Assembly: GCF_009914755.1 (NCBI RefSeq)
Contig: NC_060939.1
Source: the human T2T-CHM13v2.0 reference genome, Homo sapiens
Direction: 5' to 3' (one strand)
Length of the DNA: 64,000 nt
Shown: one piece after another, positions 28,229 through 42,426 of the stretch
How the letters are laid out: every line of letters starts with the position of its first letter
How positions within the stretch are numbered: position 1 is the first letter of the stretch
Position numbers and translations under genes: made by a program
The notes under the pieces: model-generated
The model's database searches: none
The model's input: only the letters and a program-made list of their open reading frames with translations
Told to the model about the DNA's origin: nothing

Positions 28229-30280
28229 ATTTGCTGATGTGAAAAGATGTCTACAAAAAAACAAGGGAAATAGCAAGATATACCATGTATCTCATTTTTT
28301 ACATTAAATAATATATGTGAATAGAAGAGTCTGGAAGGATAGGCACCCAGATGTTGATGGCTGGGTGGTGAAATTATGGTTGATATTTCTTGTCTTTATA
28401 ATTCCTAGTGATTTCTCTTTTTTATCATTTAATAAGGATCATATAATAAGGATCCTTATTATAATCAGAAAAAAATCAACAAAGTTATTACTTTCTTAAA
28501 GAGTGTGAAGTGTGTAAATTAACTTTTGCCCCTTAGGTACTGTAATGCTATCTTTTTCCTTATGTTGTACAAATAAAAATTTCCTAATAATTAAAATGTT
28601 CACTTTTATAACATGAAACCAGAGATTTATTGTTTTTGGCATCTGAGAAGGAAAGCATCTAATCCCTAATAGATCACAGAACACACAATGATGTTCTGTG
28701 ATTTCTTTCCCCCTCTGGTCGCCTGTTATTTAACTTTGATGGTCCTTTTATAAAGAATGATTGTCATCTTTCCTCCTTCACCTCAGCTCCAGGCTGGTCC
28801 TGCATCACTTCTCTCTGCTCTGTCCCCAACTGCACTGTCCCACCTACTCAATGTCCCCCAGCCGCTTCCCCCAGCCAGTCTGCTGTTGGCTTTTGTGCCA
28901 TTTTGTTGTGTACAACTAACTCCAACCCTCACATCAGGACATTTCAATCGACATATTTAAAAGGAGGCTGACTGTCTTGGACAGCCCAGGACATGTGGAC
29001 ATTGCTATAAAATACACCCACCTTGAATATTGAGAGGTTCCTGTAAGGCTTCCAGTTTTTCCTTCCCAACATGACTTCCTAAATGCACCAAAGTTACTAT
29101 TTGAATTTTATGTGATTCTGCCCTTGGAGTCAAAACTGGCTGCCTTTACCTACATGTCCCATGGGAAGGTGAGGCCTTGGCTTTGGATAAAACATATCAT
29201 GGAGGTGGAAGTTCTGACTCTGCTCTTCCAAATACGAACCGGTGTTCCTAGGAAACACACTGCAGGACTGACCTGCATTTCCAATTTGTGCCTAAGTGGG
29301 AGTGGCTAGCTGAATTCAGGGAAAGACTTGAAGTTAGCACTGGAGATATTGGCCGCCATATTGGAAAGCTGGAGGCATGGCTTGGATGAGTGTGGCTGAC
29401 TTTTGAAGCCCATGCCAACCTCTCCAGTTCGGCAGTTTGAAGACTGTCCTTTCACATTTGGTAATGGGGAAGAGAAGGAAAGTAGGAAAAAGGCAGCCTT
29501 TTTTTGTGCTTGTTTTTAGCTGAGGTGAATGTATCTGAGGGTTGATGATGCCCTTCAAATGGCTTTGCTGCTACTGGCATGCTGCTTTGCTCAGGTGCAG
29601 ACAATCACTTGCATAGAACAGTGTGTGTACATGTAGATATCTCTTGGCCATCTTCTTGCTGGGGAAATGCTCCTCGAGAACCATGGAATGGAAAGATGAG
29701 CCAAGGAAATCCTCTTCATCTCCTGCAAGGATCCCCCAGCCATAACCCCCTCAGGGTTCAGGATGACTGAAGATCATCCTGAGTGCCTGGTGTGTGCCTA
29801 GTAATGCAGATACAGTTCAGTGTGGGGAGGACAGGGCTGGAGGGAAAGAGCCACTGCTTCTCTGCCAAAGAACAGCTTTATGGAAATAAAAGACAGCTGC
29901 GTAGGAAGCAGCCCGGCACTTCCATGGATGCTTTCATTTGTGAACAGAGGCCGTGCTAAGCAACAACTAGAAGGAGTCTTGGGCATCCCTGACTGGACAG
30001 AGGACAGTTCTTTGTTCTGCCCCCATAAATAAGGGACATTTTCTCTAGGACTGTGATGTATTCCAGAAATTTGTTGTTAGTGAGGGCTTTCAGTTGTCTT
30101 TTCAGATTCTCATGGTTCTTAGGTCTTTATAATATCACATCTTGAGAAAAAGTATAGGTTTTGAAAATCTAGCTCTAGTGATTAGAAAATTTATAAGCTT
30201 AGTCTTCAAACTTCACTAGTTTTACATGGGACTGTAGTATCAGCCTCTGGGGGCTGTAGGGCTTAAAAGGCTGGTTTAAT

Positions 30281-30617
<337 letters not shown>

Positions 30618-32122
30618 TCATTTATTTCAATATTTCAAGCCAAATTGATGTCTTTCTCTTCCCTACGTCAGTAGGCTCTTTCACACCTGTTTTAGCGCTT
30701 CCTGTCCCTCTGCCTGAAATATCACTCCCTGACGTGTTCGCTTCTCAAACCTGGTTCATCCTTCAAGGACCAATGGAAGTGTTGCCTCCTCTGTGATATC
30801 AGCTTTGCCCCTGCGTCTCTGCTTCTGTTTACCTCCGCGGGAGCTCATCATACACTCTCTGTTTTGGGAAAGTCTTCATGAAAACTGTTCCTCTCCCCTA
30901 CTAGACTCTGAACTTCTTGAGGACGTGGCAAAATATCTGTTGCTGGATGAATACACAGATAAGTCAAGTGCTACACCCCTGGCAGCTGCTGTTTTATTTT
31001 TCTGCCTTTCTCTAAGTTCCCATTCTGAAGCGTCCTTAATCCCAGATGAACTAGATTGGCTTAATCACGTATATATAAAATCAGTCTATCAGGAGTAGGT
31101 ACTCTGATTCCCTGTCTGCTATTTTTAGTGAGCCCATTAGATAAGTGATCTTCAGGTTGTTCAGGTGCAGGACATTTGGAAGTCCCTGCATTGTTTGGGG
31201 GAGACTATGAAATATTGATACAGTTGTCTTCGTCAATGAACTATAAATAATTAGTTACATAATATATATTATGTATATAATATACATTTGCAACCATGGG
31301 CAGATATAATGTGTCCATAAAAAACAAATGAAAACCCAAATCCTTTCTAAATTCAAATTTTTAAATGAATCATAATTGTATCCCTCCAAGTTTTAAAATC
31401 AACATTCATTTGCTGTTTATTTATTTATTTATTTGATCTGTGAGTGCTCACGAGTAAAGAAGCAATAAGAGTGATAAATACTTAAGAAAAAAATACTGGA
31501 GAACAACTTACAACTGAGAACACTCTATTCATTAGCCATTACTCAATTTTGACAGCTTAATTGTCTTGTTTAGTAAAGTTTATTGAGTACTTAGGATGTG
31601 CCAGACACTGCTAAGGGCTTTGTATGGCTATCCCATTAATCCTCATTACCACCCTAAGATATGGACATCTTTATAATTTTCATTATACAGATGAGGAAAT
31701 AGAGGCTTAGTGTCAAAGGTTAAATGCTTTCACAAAGTAAATGTTTTCAAAAAGTAAAATCATGACTCCTCATACTAACGTAAAATGAACACAAGTCAGA
31801 GATTTCATTGAACTCGTTAATGAATGAGAGAACCAGTAAGATGTTACTGAAACACATCTGCATTTCTACGGACAAGAACAATTTGCCTTACTATAAATTT
31901 TCTGTAATTTAGAGAATTGTAAAAGAGCTTTAAGTTAATGCAAGGTGGAAGTAACCCAGTGGACACAGGAGCCAGAACACCCAGTTATCTTGTGTGCCCA
32001 TTTCAAAGTCTTCCCCGGTTCTTCACAGGGTTAGGAAAAGTCACTGGAACAAGATGCAAACCCAACCACCCAGAGCCAGTGTCCCTAACACCTGCTCTGT
32101 TGCTAGAAAGATTTAAGAACTA

Positions 32123-32202
32123 TTAAGTTGATGCAAAAGTAATTGCGGTTTTTGCCATTGAAAGTAATGGCAAAAACCGCAATTACTTTTGCATCAACCT
32201 AA
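32123..32202. mobile_element. MADE1 (Hsmar1-derived MITE), miR-548-type hairpin
   Basis: 80-bp element: 37-bp inverted repeats around GAAAGT, flanked by TA target duplication. Confidence 0.95.
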
Positions 32203-32860
32203 TACAAACTGAAAGAGAGATTATCAGCTCTTTTTTGGAGTTGCTTTTCCTCCTATTGTTTGATTTATTGATGTAACTATTTTTCTTCCATTTAAAAATG
32301 CTGCATCACATATGTTTAGGTTTTAGAGAATAAAAGGAACTCACTAAATTTGAGTCTTGTGTTAAATGCTTGAGGGAGATACTAGTAATTCCCATTATGC
32401 AGATGAACAGATAGGTTTATAGAGACACTCCAAGTTGCAAGGCAAGTGGAGTGGAGCTGTGACTGAAACCCATGTCCCTCCCATCCAGGGCCCATCATCA
32501 GCTAGGAATGTGTAAGTCACTATTTATTCTAACAGAAAGAATTTGCATTGTCCCCAGCTTCTGGAGGCTGCATCATTTGCCATGGGGTTGCTGAGTTGTG
32601 CTGAGGATTAGGGGATAGAGCAAAGAAAATAGGATCGGAAAGAAGCAATTTTCCCCCCTCTGTGCTCAGTGGACCCATATTTGTCTGCATGTGGTAGCCC
32701 AAAGTGACATAAGTGTTCTGGACCCAGCGCTTGACTTATGCCAATGTTCAGATATTGAGTAGGGCCTTGATGTTGGAGTGGCAGTGTGCTTTTTCAGCTG
32801 TGCAGGAGCTGGATTTCTAGGACACAGCAATTCTCTGAAGGTGTTAAGACTGCTGTCAAC

Positions 32861-33147
32861 GCTGAGTGAGGTGGCTCATGCCTGTAATCCCAGCACTTTG
32901 GGAGGCCGAGGCAGGCGGATCACCTGAGGTCAGGAGTTCGAGACCAGCCTGGCCAACATGGTGAAACCCTCTGTCTACTAAAAATACAAAAATTAGCCAG
33001 GCATAGTGGCGGGCATCTGTAGTCCCAGCTACTCAGGAGGCTAAGGCAAGAGAACCACTTGAACCCAGGAGATGGAGGTTGCAGTGAGCCGAGATTGCAC
33101 CATTCCAGCCTGGATGTTAGAGCGAGACTCTGTCTCAGAAAAATAAA
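32861..33147 (+). mobile_element. AluS SINE
   Basis: Full dimer, short tail. Confidence 0.92.
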
Positions 33148-33669
33148 GGGGGCTCTCAAAATGCCGCAGGCCACTGCATTTAGTGCATCACATTAGCTAT
33201 TAGTTATCCATCCAAAGAAACTAAGCAGTGTTTTCCAACACTCACTATACTGTGGCCATACCCTAGGACTGGCATTTATGAACCCATATGTGGAGGCTTC
33301 CTTCAGGTTCTTCAAGCCTGGCTCCATCCAGATGACCTGGATGCTTGGATACAATGCAGTTTTGTCAACAGCCCTCCAGAATTAATCAGAATTTCAGCAG
33401 GATGAGGGCTGAACATACCTCTTTTCAAGATCCAAATATACTTGGGCTTCCCAGGTATAAACGCTGTGTGCTGGATTCAGGCAGGCCGGAATGTGCATCC
33501 TGGCCTCATTGCGTGATATTGGGCAAGCTAATTCAGCTCTTGAAGACCTACTTTCCTCATTTGAAAAATGGGGATAATTATAGTTGTGGGGAGTGGACGA
33601 GGTGATCCACGGGAAGCATTGGCACTGGGCCTGGCACCGGCTATGTTCCCAGCCAATGTCAGCTATTAA

Positions 33670-33847
33670 CGAATTTCATTGATTCTGAGATGCTCTTTTT
33701 TGCATATTAACATCTTTGAAATCAGTCTGCTTCTAAAAATTGATGGCATGTCATGGTCTCAGTGGTAGCATTTTACCCCCTTCTTAGGGTCTCTAAAACA
33801 ATGGTGCACCTTACAATAGATAGTGTCTAGACTTAGTGAAATACAGG
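33670..33847. mobile_element. MER104-like (TcMar-Tc2) MITE
   Basis: ATTTCATTGATTCTGAGATGC...TTAACATCTTTGAAATC...CTTACAATAGAT...TGAAATAC. Confidence 0.55.
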
Positions 33848-35180
33848 GTGTGTAAGGGTCCCCGGGGTGCAGTATTGATGACCACAGGGCCTCGTGGAGG
33901 AGTGCTGGAAATTTGGAAATGTCAGGTCTGCCTAAGCTGTGTCCAGCTCCCCAGTGTTCTGCGCACACAGGAGTAAGTCAAAGGGAAGGTGAATAAACAA
34001 GGTGGGTGGGTCTGCTTCTCTTGGATAGGGGCTTCATGATTGCAGGTGCACTTGCTCAGTCTCCTTCTCTCAGGTGTTGCTCAGTTTTTCTTTCCAGGCC
34101 AGGGCAGCTGAGCTGGGCAGGGTGGGCGGGGTGAGGGCTTTGCTCACCTCGTTCAAGGTCCTCCTCAACAAGTTGATCTCCAAGCTTGCTTGGGCCACTT
34201 GGCTTCAACAGGTTCTATTATCCTTTTCCTTTGGGTGCCCTTTCAGGGAATGATTTTGAAATGGAACCCAGGGTCCCGAAGGAGACAGCAATATCCCTAA
34301 TACCAGCTTGACCCAAGAGGGCAGATAAGGAAGACATTACCCCTGCTCCCCACCAACCACCTCTGCCTCACTCTTGTTCCGTTCAGCCACATGATCATGA
34401 CGGAACTCGGCAGCAAGACAGCCGTGGGGGAAGGTTTGCTTCTTGTTTTTATTTTTAAGGTGATCCTGTAGGAAGGAATCGGTGTAATGAATGGTTTGCT
34501 CCCTTTGAAAAAGAACCATCTGGGTTTAGATTTCATATTTACTATTTCAAACCCTTTCAATTAGACCCTTGGGGTTTCCCAGGCCTGCCTGGGGGAGTCT
34601 TTCTCCAAGCTTCCTTTCCTTCCTTTCCCAAACCCTGGGACAAATGTTTGTTTTTCTCACATATTCATCAAGGCCCAAGGCCTTCAGAAAGTACTGAGGC
34701 GCTGGGCTTTGACATGGGAAGCTGGAGCCTGTCTGGGGAGCGTTGAGCCCGAGAACAGTACTTGGCAGGCTTGCTTCCTGCCCCATGCTGCCATTCACTG
34801 TGGACAGCTTGGGGGTGGGGACGGTGCAGTGGGCGGGGGTGGGGGGTGCTTGGCACATTTGCTGAATCCACTGGAAGCCCTCAGTTTGGAGAGGGAAAGG
34901 GACTTTCTCATGGATTTCCAGCTCCAAGAGCATCAATCAGCCTCAGAGCAACACTAGTGAGGAAAGGAATTGTTTATAGCAGGAAAGGTGATTACAAAGG
35001 CCACCCGCTCACTGTGTATCTTTTGTTCCTGTTGGCGCCTTGACCAGAATTCTGGGGCAGCCCTCGTGCAGACTTTGCCTGCCTGGGTCTGTGGATCCTG
35101 GAGGTCGAGGAGGAAGGGAAAAGATGCCCAGAGAAGCAGGGAGAAGCCCGGCTCTGGAGTCTATACTGTGTCCCATCTCC

Positions 35181-35628
35181 CTCTTTCTTTCCTTCTTTTT
35201 TTCTCTTTGAGACGGAGTCTCGCTCTGTCGCCCAGACTGGAGCGCAGTGGCGTGATCTCGGCTCACTGCAAACTCCGCCTCCTGGGTTCACGCCATTCTC
35301 CTGCCTCAGCCTCTCGAGTAGCTGGGACTACAGGCGCCCGCCACCACGCCCGGCTAATTTTTTGTATTGTTTTTGTAGAGGCGGGGTTTCACCATGTTAG
35401 CCAGGATGGTCTCGATCTCCTGACCTCATGATCCCGCCTGTCTTGGCCTCCCAAAGTGCTGGGATTACAGGCGTGAGCCACTGCGCCCGGCCCTAATTTT
35501 TGTATTTTTAGTAGAGATGGGGTTTCACCATGTTGGCCAGGCTGGTCTTGAACTCCTGACCTAAAGGGATCTGCCCACCTCAGCCTCCCAAAGTCCTGGG
35601 ATTACAGGCGTGAGCCACCGCACCAGGC
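35181..35628 (-). mobile_element. AluY (35181-35492) abutting an orphan AluS left arm (35493-35628)
   Basis: Three Alu monomers in series; the partner right arm of the older element is absent. Confidence 0.88.
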
Positions 35629-37415
35629 ATGTGAAACTTAAATCAGGTGTCAAGGTCTGCTGGGCACTTGGTTGGCAATTCATACTATTACTCCTGACCT
35701 GCCTTTCCCCCTTCGCTCTTGCCTCAGAGGGTAAGATCCATACCTTACATTACTTAAACATGATTTTTGAAAGGGTAGTTAAAGTAGAGGAATGAGAATG
35801 AGGAAAATGAGAAGGAAAAGATGTCATTTCCCTGCACATTTACTCCCTCCCACCGCACCTTCAAACCCGTTTACATTTCACAAACGTTACGAGCCAGAAG
35901 ATGCACATCTGTGCCTGGAGGCTGCATTTCCTCTCCTGAAGCTAGCCTCTGATGGAAGTCTCCGCTCTGCCGGTTGGTGGTTTTGCTCGGCTGAGCTGTG
36001 GGCTGTGGGGTTAAAGTACCCTTGCCAAAGTGAAGAGTTTTATCTGCCTTCCTGACAGCTGTGAGAAATTCTGATTGACAAGAGGGCAGATTCTACACAG
36101 GGGGTTGGGGGAGACAGGTCCCCACGTGTCAGTTTTGAGAGGCACTACTGGTGTCAGATAGATTTCATTTCTGTATTGGAAAGTGCTTCTTTAATATAGA
36201 ATTGAAAATATTCAAGCCTGTAGCAAGGGACAGTTGCTCCAGGGCAGAAAATGGTCTGTATAAAAATGCCCTCCCAGCTGCAGGGTGGAATGCATGGACT
36301 TGACCCTAATATGGAATAATTGAATTTATAGGAAGAACATTGCCCTGTGAATAGCTCTTGGAAGCTGCTGGGCAGAGATGCACAGGGTTTCTAACATGCA
36401 AATGCGGCTGAGTACGAAGCCCCAGAATAAAAATCCCATCCATCCATCATGTTATTAACAGGCGGGTTCCTAGACTGATTTTGAAATTTGTCAGTACGCA
36501 AATTAATTAAGCTCTTAAAAGGTGATCAGAAGCATCCATAGGTGTCTTTGACCTTTGACAAGGAACACACTGCTATGGGTCTAATTGTCAGAATAATTGT
36601 TTTCTCCCCTGCGAATGACTGGCGGCAGGTGCAGCTCTGTGCATTGGTCTGCATTTAATTATCTACAGGATCTGAGGATGGGGGTTTTGTGGGATATGCT
36701 TTTATAAAATAAGCTTTTATAGTGTAAAAATACCAATAACTCTTCCTGGCTGGATACATTTATTTTAAACAAATTACGGTGGCTGCATATAGGCATAGAG
36801 CTTAGGTGCTCCAAGAGGGATATTTACCTTCATGATGTGTGGGTTTTGTCTTTATTTGTCTGAGTGATATTAACAACAATACACAGCCTTTCTCCAACGG
36901 CACTTGCTGCTTGTAGGCAGGGTTTTTGTGGGCATTGTTGTAATAATCGGGTAAGACATTTCAAAATATAGGCTAAAGGCCAAAACAGAGCAATTGAAGA
37001 AAATAAATCCATGTGTGGAAATGAAATCCATTTGGGCTAAAAATGAAGGGTGTGTGTTACAGTGAAAACAAGACAGGTATCAAAATCAGAATCACTTGAA
37101 TTTATCCAGCACTTCTACCATTCATTTGGTAAATTATTGGTGGCAACGAACATGTGCTAAGCTAGGGGCTGGGGATATATGGTAAACTGCTGTCCCGGAA
37201 ACAGCGATATAATTGTACAGATGGCTGTGAAACTGAAGGGCAGGGTGCAAAGAAAGGGTGATACAGATGGCTGGAGGTGGTCAGAAAAGGGGTCCTCTGA
37301 TGAGTAGGAATTAACTAGATGAAGTGTGTTTGTGTGTGTACGTGGTGCCGGTGCAGGGGATGATAAAGTGAGGATGGTGTACTTGAGGTTCTGAGGCGGA
37401 AAGGTGATTGGTGTA

Positions 37416-37804
37416 TGTGTTAGTCTGTTAAGGCTGCCATAAGGAAGTACCACAGACTGGGTTGCTTCAACCGCAGAAATGGACTGTTTCACAGTTCTGG
37501 AGGCTGCAAGTTGACATCATGATGTCATCAGGGTTGATTACTTCTGAGGCCTCTCTTTTTGGTGTGCAGGTGGCCATGTTTTCCTCCTGTGTTCACATGG
37601 TCTTCCCTCTGTATGTGTCTGTGTCCAAATTTCCTCTTCTTGTAAGAACATCGGTCATATTAAATTTGGACCCACCTTAAGCTCTTCATTTTAACTCGGT
37701 TACTTCTTTAAAGGCCCTCTGTCCAAATTCAGTCACATTCTACGGTTCTAACGGGTTAGGGCTTCTACATATGAATCTTGAGGGGACACGATTCAATCCA
37801 TAAC
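37416..37804 (-). mobile_element. MLT1B-like MaLR LTR
   Basis: TGTGTTAGTCTG..GGCTGCCATAA..AAGTACCACAGACTGGG...GGGGACACGATTCAATCCATAAC. Confidence 0.85.
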
Positions 37805-38232
37805 CCTCTGTAAGAAAACCGAACGCAAATTTTCAAGATTCAAAATTGTGTGCTAATTATAAACATAATTCTTGACGGAGGTTATAGAGTTTAAAGAAAT
37901 TTAATTCTATCCACTGGAAATTTTTATGAATGGGTTGCAAACCTCAACTCTACTAGAGAAATGCTGGAAAGAAAAAGAGCCTGATGAAGTCCTCATCTTA
38001 CTCAGAGAAAGGCAAACTTTGGTAATTAGATTAATAAGATGAAAAATTTCCTTATAAAACTTGAAAGAATAGGGGAGTGATTGCACTACGTTGAGAATGT
38101 ACTAAATGCCACTGAATAACTTTAAAATGGTTAGTTTTACATTACGTGAATTTCACCTCAATGGAACAAAACAAACAAGCAAACAAACAAACAGCCCAAA
38201 AAACTTAAAGGCAGCCACTGGTAGAACTCTTA

Positions 38233-38934
<702 letters not shown>

Positions 38935-41611
38935 TCATAAAAGGAAATGAGAGGAAATAGATACAGCAGGAAAGACTTGACTTAAAGAACCAAAATGTAC
39001 AAAAGTTATAACAGGCATGAAACAACTTATCAGCCAAGACAATAAATATAAATGATTAAAACTCTTTTACAGAGGCTTTTGAGTTGTATTTCAAAAGCAG
39101 CAAATTATATTCTGTTAACAAGGAATACATCTAAACTAAAACGTGGCAAGATTGAAACTAAAATAAACTAACATTGATTAGGCAAGCACAGATTCCAGGA
39201 AAGCAGGGTTAGCAATGTTACTTTCCAAAAAGTGATCTTCATGGTAAAAAACATTACATGGAAAACATGGAGTCATTTCATATGGATAATGTGTATATTT
39301 TATAATACATGTACTTTTTGAGTGTGTATAATGTGCCAGTTACTATGTGAGGCACTTGTCTTGGATTATTTCTCTAAAGCCCTGAGGTAGGAGTTACCTT
39401 GTTTTCATCCCTGTTTCAGGGGAAGGGAAACTGAGGACTAGAGAATCTATCTCATAACTAATCAAAGGCAGACCAGGAGTCTGCACTGGAGTCTGGTGCT
39501 TGGCCAATACACTCTCCATCATGCACACAACAGATGGACAAAAATACAGATTCATCTAATGTTCGAAATGCAAGGAGAAGTTAACGGTGAAGTAGCATAA
39601 TGGTTTTAACAATCTTTATCAACTTTTGCCAGAAATGATTAAAAGATAAATTGCCACAAAGAAAATGTCAGGAGATCCAAAATTTATTGTAGAAACTGTA
39701 CAAGCCATGTTTTCTAACTCTAGTGCTATGAATATTGAAACTAACAGTAAAAATTAAACAAAAAAATCTATACAATAACTTAAGAAGTAAAATAATAAAA
39801 TGCCCAGACCCTCCAAAATCTAAATTCATTTTCTTAATAGTTTGGTTAGAAAATACTAAAAGATGATACTTGTATCAAACACATGAAATGTAGCTAAAGT
39901 TGTACTTAGAGGCAAATGAATTCATTTTTTAAACAAAGAATACAAATGAATGAAAGAAGTGGTCACTTCAAGAAAATAGGTAGAAGAACAAGAAGAATTC
40001 CAATCAAAGAGTGGAAAAGAAATTATAATTGCAGCATAAATTCTGATTTAAAAAACATAGAAAACCTTCAGTGTAATTAATAAAATAAATCTAAGAGCTG
40101 GTTTTCTGGTTGAGTTTTTGAAAAACTTAACAGAAAAAGAGAAAACAGAAAATCAGAAAAATAAGCAGCTCTAATCACAGATTTGGAGTATATTTTCAAA
40201 CTATAAGAGAATAAATACTATAGGAAAAATATTTTTCACGTGAGAAAAGTTTCAGTGAAATGGATGTTTTACTGAGAACATTTAAAATTGATCTAAGAAG
40301 GAATAAAAACTGCAAACACATCAAAGTATATGGAAGAAATGTAAAAAAAGTTTGAGCGTTTATTCTAAAATTTATCACAGATCCAGACAAGTTTCTGGTG
40401 AGTTATTTTAAACTGTTAAGGAAGAGCTCATTTCTTTGCTGAAAAAATCATGGAAAAAACCCAATTTTATAAAACTGGCTGAATCCTGATCTTAAAACTT
40501 CTCACTGTAGCACAAACAGAAAAATTATAAATAAATATGCCACATGGATATGAATCCAAAATTTGAGGTCATGAAGGCAAGATTCAAAACTGGGATTTAT
40601 GTAAATAATTCAAGGACAGTTTTGCATGAAGAGCTTTTTCTGATCAGTTTCACCATTAGGGCCAAAAACAACTTGATATCAGTCGATGCTGAAATACAAT
40701 GGATAAAACTCAACACTCACACTTGCAATGTTGAAAGGCTATTACCATAAAATATACTAAAATTAATAGCTTTGCCTTCTATAAGAAAGAAAATAATGGA
40801 AGCCATCATGGCGGAAAAGATTACATTAAAATAGCAAGAAAGATTATGCAATACTTAGGGGTAATGCTACCAAGAAACGTACGGAGCTTTTATGATAAAA
40901 ACTCGCAAATTTTATTGAGAGATATAAAAGAAAATTCAAATGATGGGGAGATGGATCCTTCTATATGACTTAATGATTTAAAGATGTTAATTTGCCCCAA
41001 GTTAACTTATGGCTTTCCTAAGTCTCATTCAAAATTCCCAATTTGAATTGGAATTTTTTTGTGGGAACTTGACAAGATGCATCTCTACAGTACATGGGCT
41101 ATGGGGGGGACGAGAATAAAAGAATGATGACCAGATTTGTAAAATGGGTAAAGCTGCAATGATCAAACCAGTACACCTATGAGTGACAGACAGAGCAGTT
41201 AGTCCTCAAACTCAAGTCTACATAAGGGCTTAGTGTATAAACAAGGATCATCAGACAGGGGGGGATAGATGGAAACTTTCAACACTGTGGAAAAATCAAG
41301 CCAGAGCCTCTTCTTACTTCAAACACCAAAATAAATTCCAGATGGAGTCAACATTTAAATGCAAAAATATTCTGCAGCACTAGTAATCAAGCAAATGTAA
41401 ATTAAAATAAAATGTCACTTTTTGTTCTGTTTATTGGCAAAGGTTTTTTTAAAAAACACTTGATTTTGGAAGAGTGTGGTGAAGAATGCAATTTGCAGAC
41501 TCCTGGTAGGGACTTAAAAGGATTTGCTCTTCTTAAGAGTGGCACTTACTAAAAATCTCAAAAATATTCACACTCTCTGACCTACAAATTCCAAGTCTTG
41601 GCATCCCAGGA

Positions 41612-41614
<3 letters not shown>

Positions 41615-41666
<52 letters not shown>
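41615..41666 (+). repeat. (GATA)13 perfect tetranucleotide STR
   Basis: 52 bp of uninterrupted GATA. Confidence 0.97.
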
Positions 41667-42118
41667 TGGACACAAAGATTACATACAAGTATTTTGATTT
41701 CAGTCATGTTTAAAATAATGTAGGTCCAATAATTAAGATTTGTTAAATATCATATAGTTCCCATGATAAAATATTTTGCAGTCAATGAATAAAAAATTTA
41801 AAGGCTATTTAATGACTTAGAGAGATACATATGACATAATGTTAAATAATAGGGATGAGACAAACTACATACATATGTATAAGAGTGTGTGTGTATATAT
41901 ATAAAACAAACTCAATTTTATTAAAAATACAGGAAAATGTTAGCAGTGTCATTCCTATGTGTGATTATAGAGATTTTTATGATGTTTGTATTTTTATTTA
42001 TGTAAAAAATTTTCTAAATTGAAAATTTTTTTTGTGAATAGAAAAATAATTTTTTTAAAAAATAGTCCCATCAAATAAAACAATGTAAAAAGGTTAAAGT
42101 TAAAAAATGAAGTAAAAA

Positions 42119-42426
42119 GACCAGGCAGAGTGGCTCACACCTGTAATCTCAGCACTTTGGGAGGCTGAGGTGGGAGTAACGTTTGAGCCCAGGAGTTCAC
42201 GACCAGCCTGGGCAACATGGTAAGACTCCGTCTCTACAAAAATATAAAAATTAGCCAGGCGTGGTGGTGCGCACCTGTGGTCCCAGCTACCTGGGAGGCT
42301 GAGGTGGAAGGATGGCTGGAGCCCAGAAGGTCAAATCTGCAGTGAGCAGAGATGGCACCTGGGCGACAGAGTGAGACCTGTCTCAAGCAAACAAACAAAA
42401 ACAAACAAACAAACAAACAAACAAAA
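42119..42426 (+). mobile_element. AluJ with (CAAA)n tail
   Basis: J diagnostics, short 3' deletion. Confidence 0.9.

Noticed and set aside
29368-29427. Imperfect hairpin (CTGGAG..GGCATGG / CCATGCC..CTCCAG) as a pre-miRNA
   Set aside because: Stem too short and bulged by eye; no recognisable mature miRNA
31256-31275. 20-bp perfect palindrome TACATAATATATATTATGTA
   Set aside because: AT/TA low-complexity context where such palindromes arise readily
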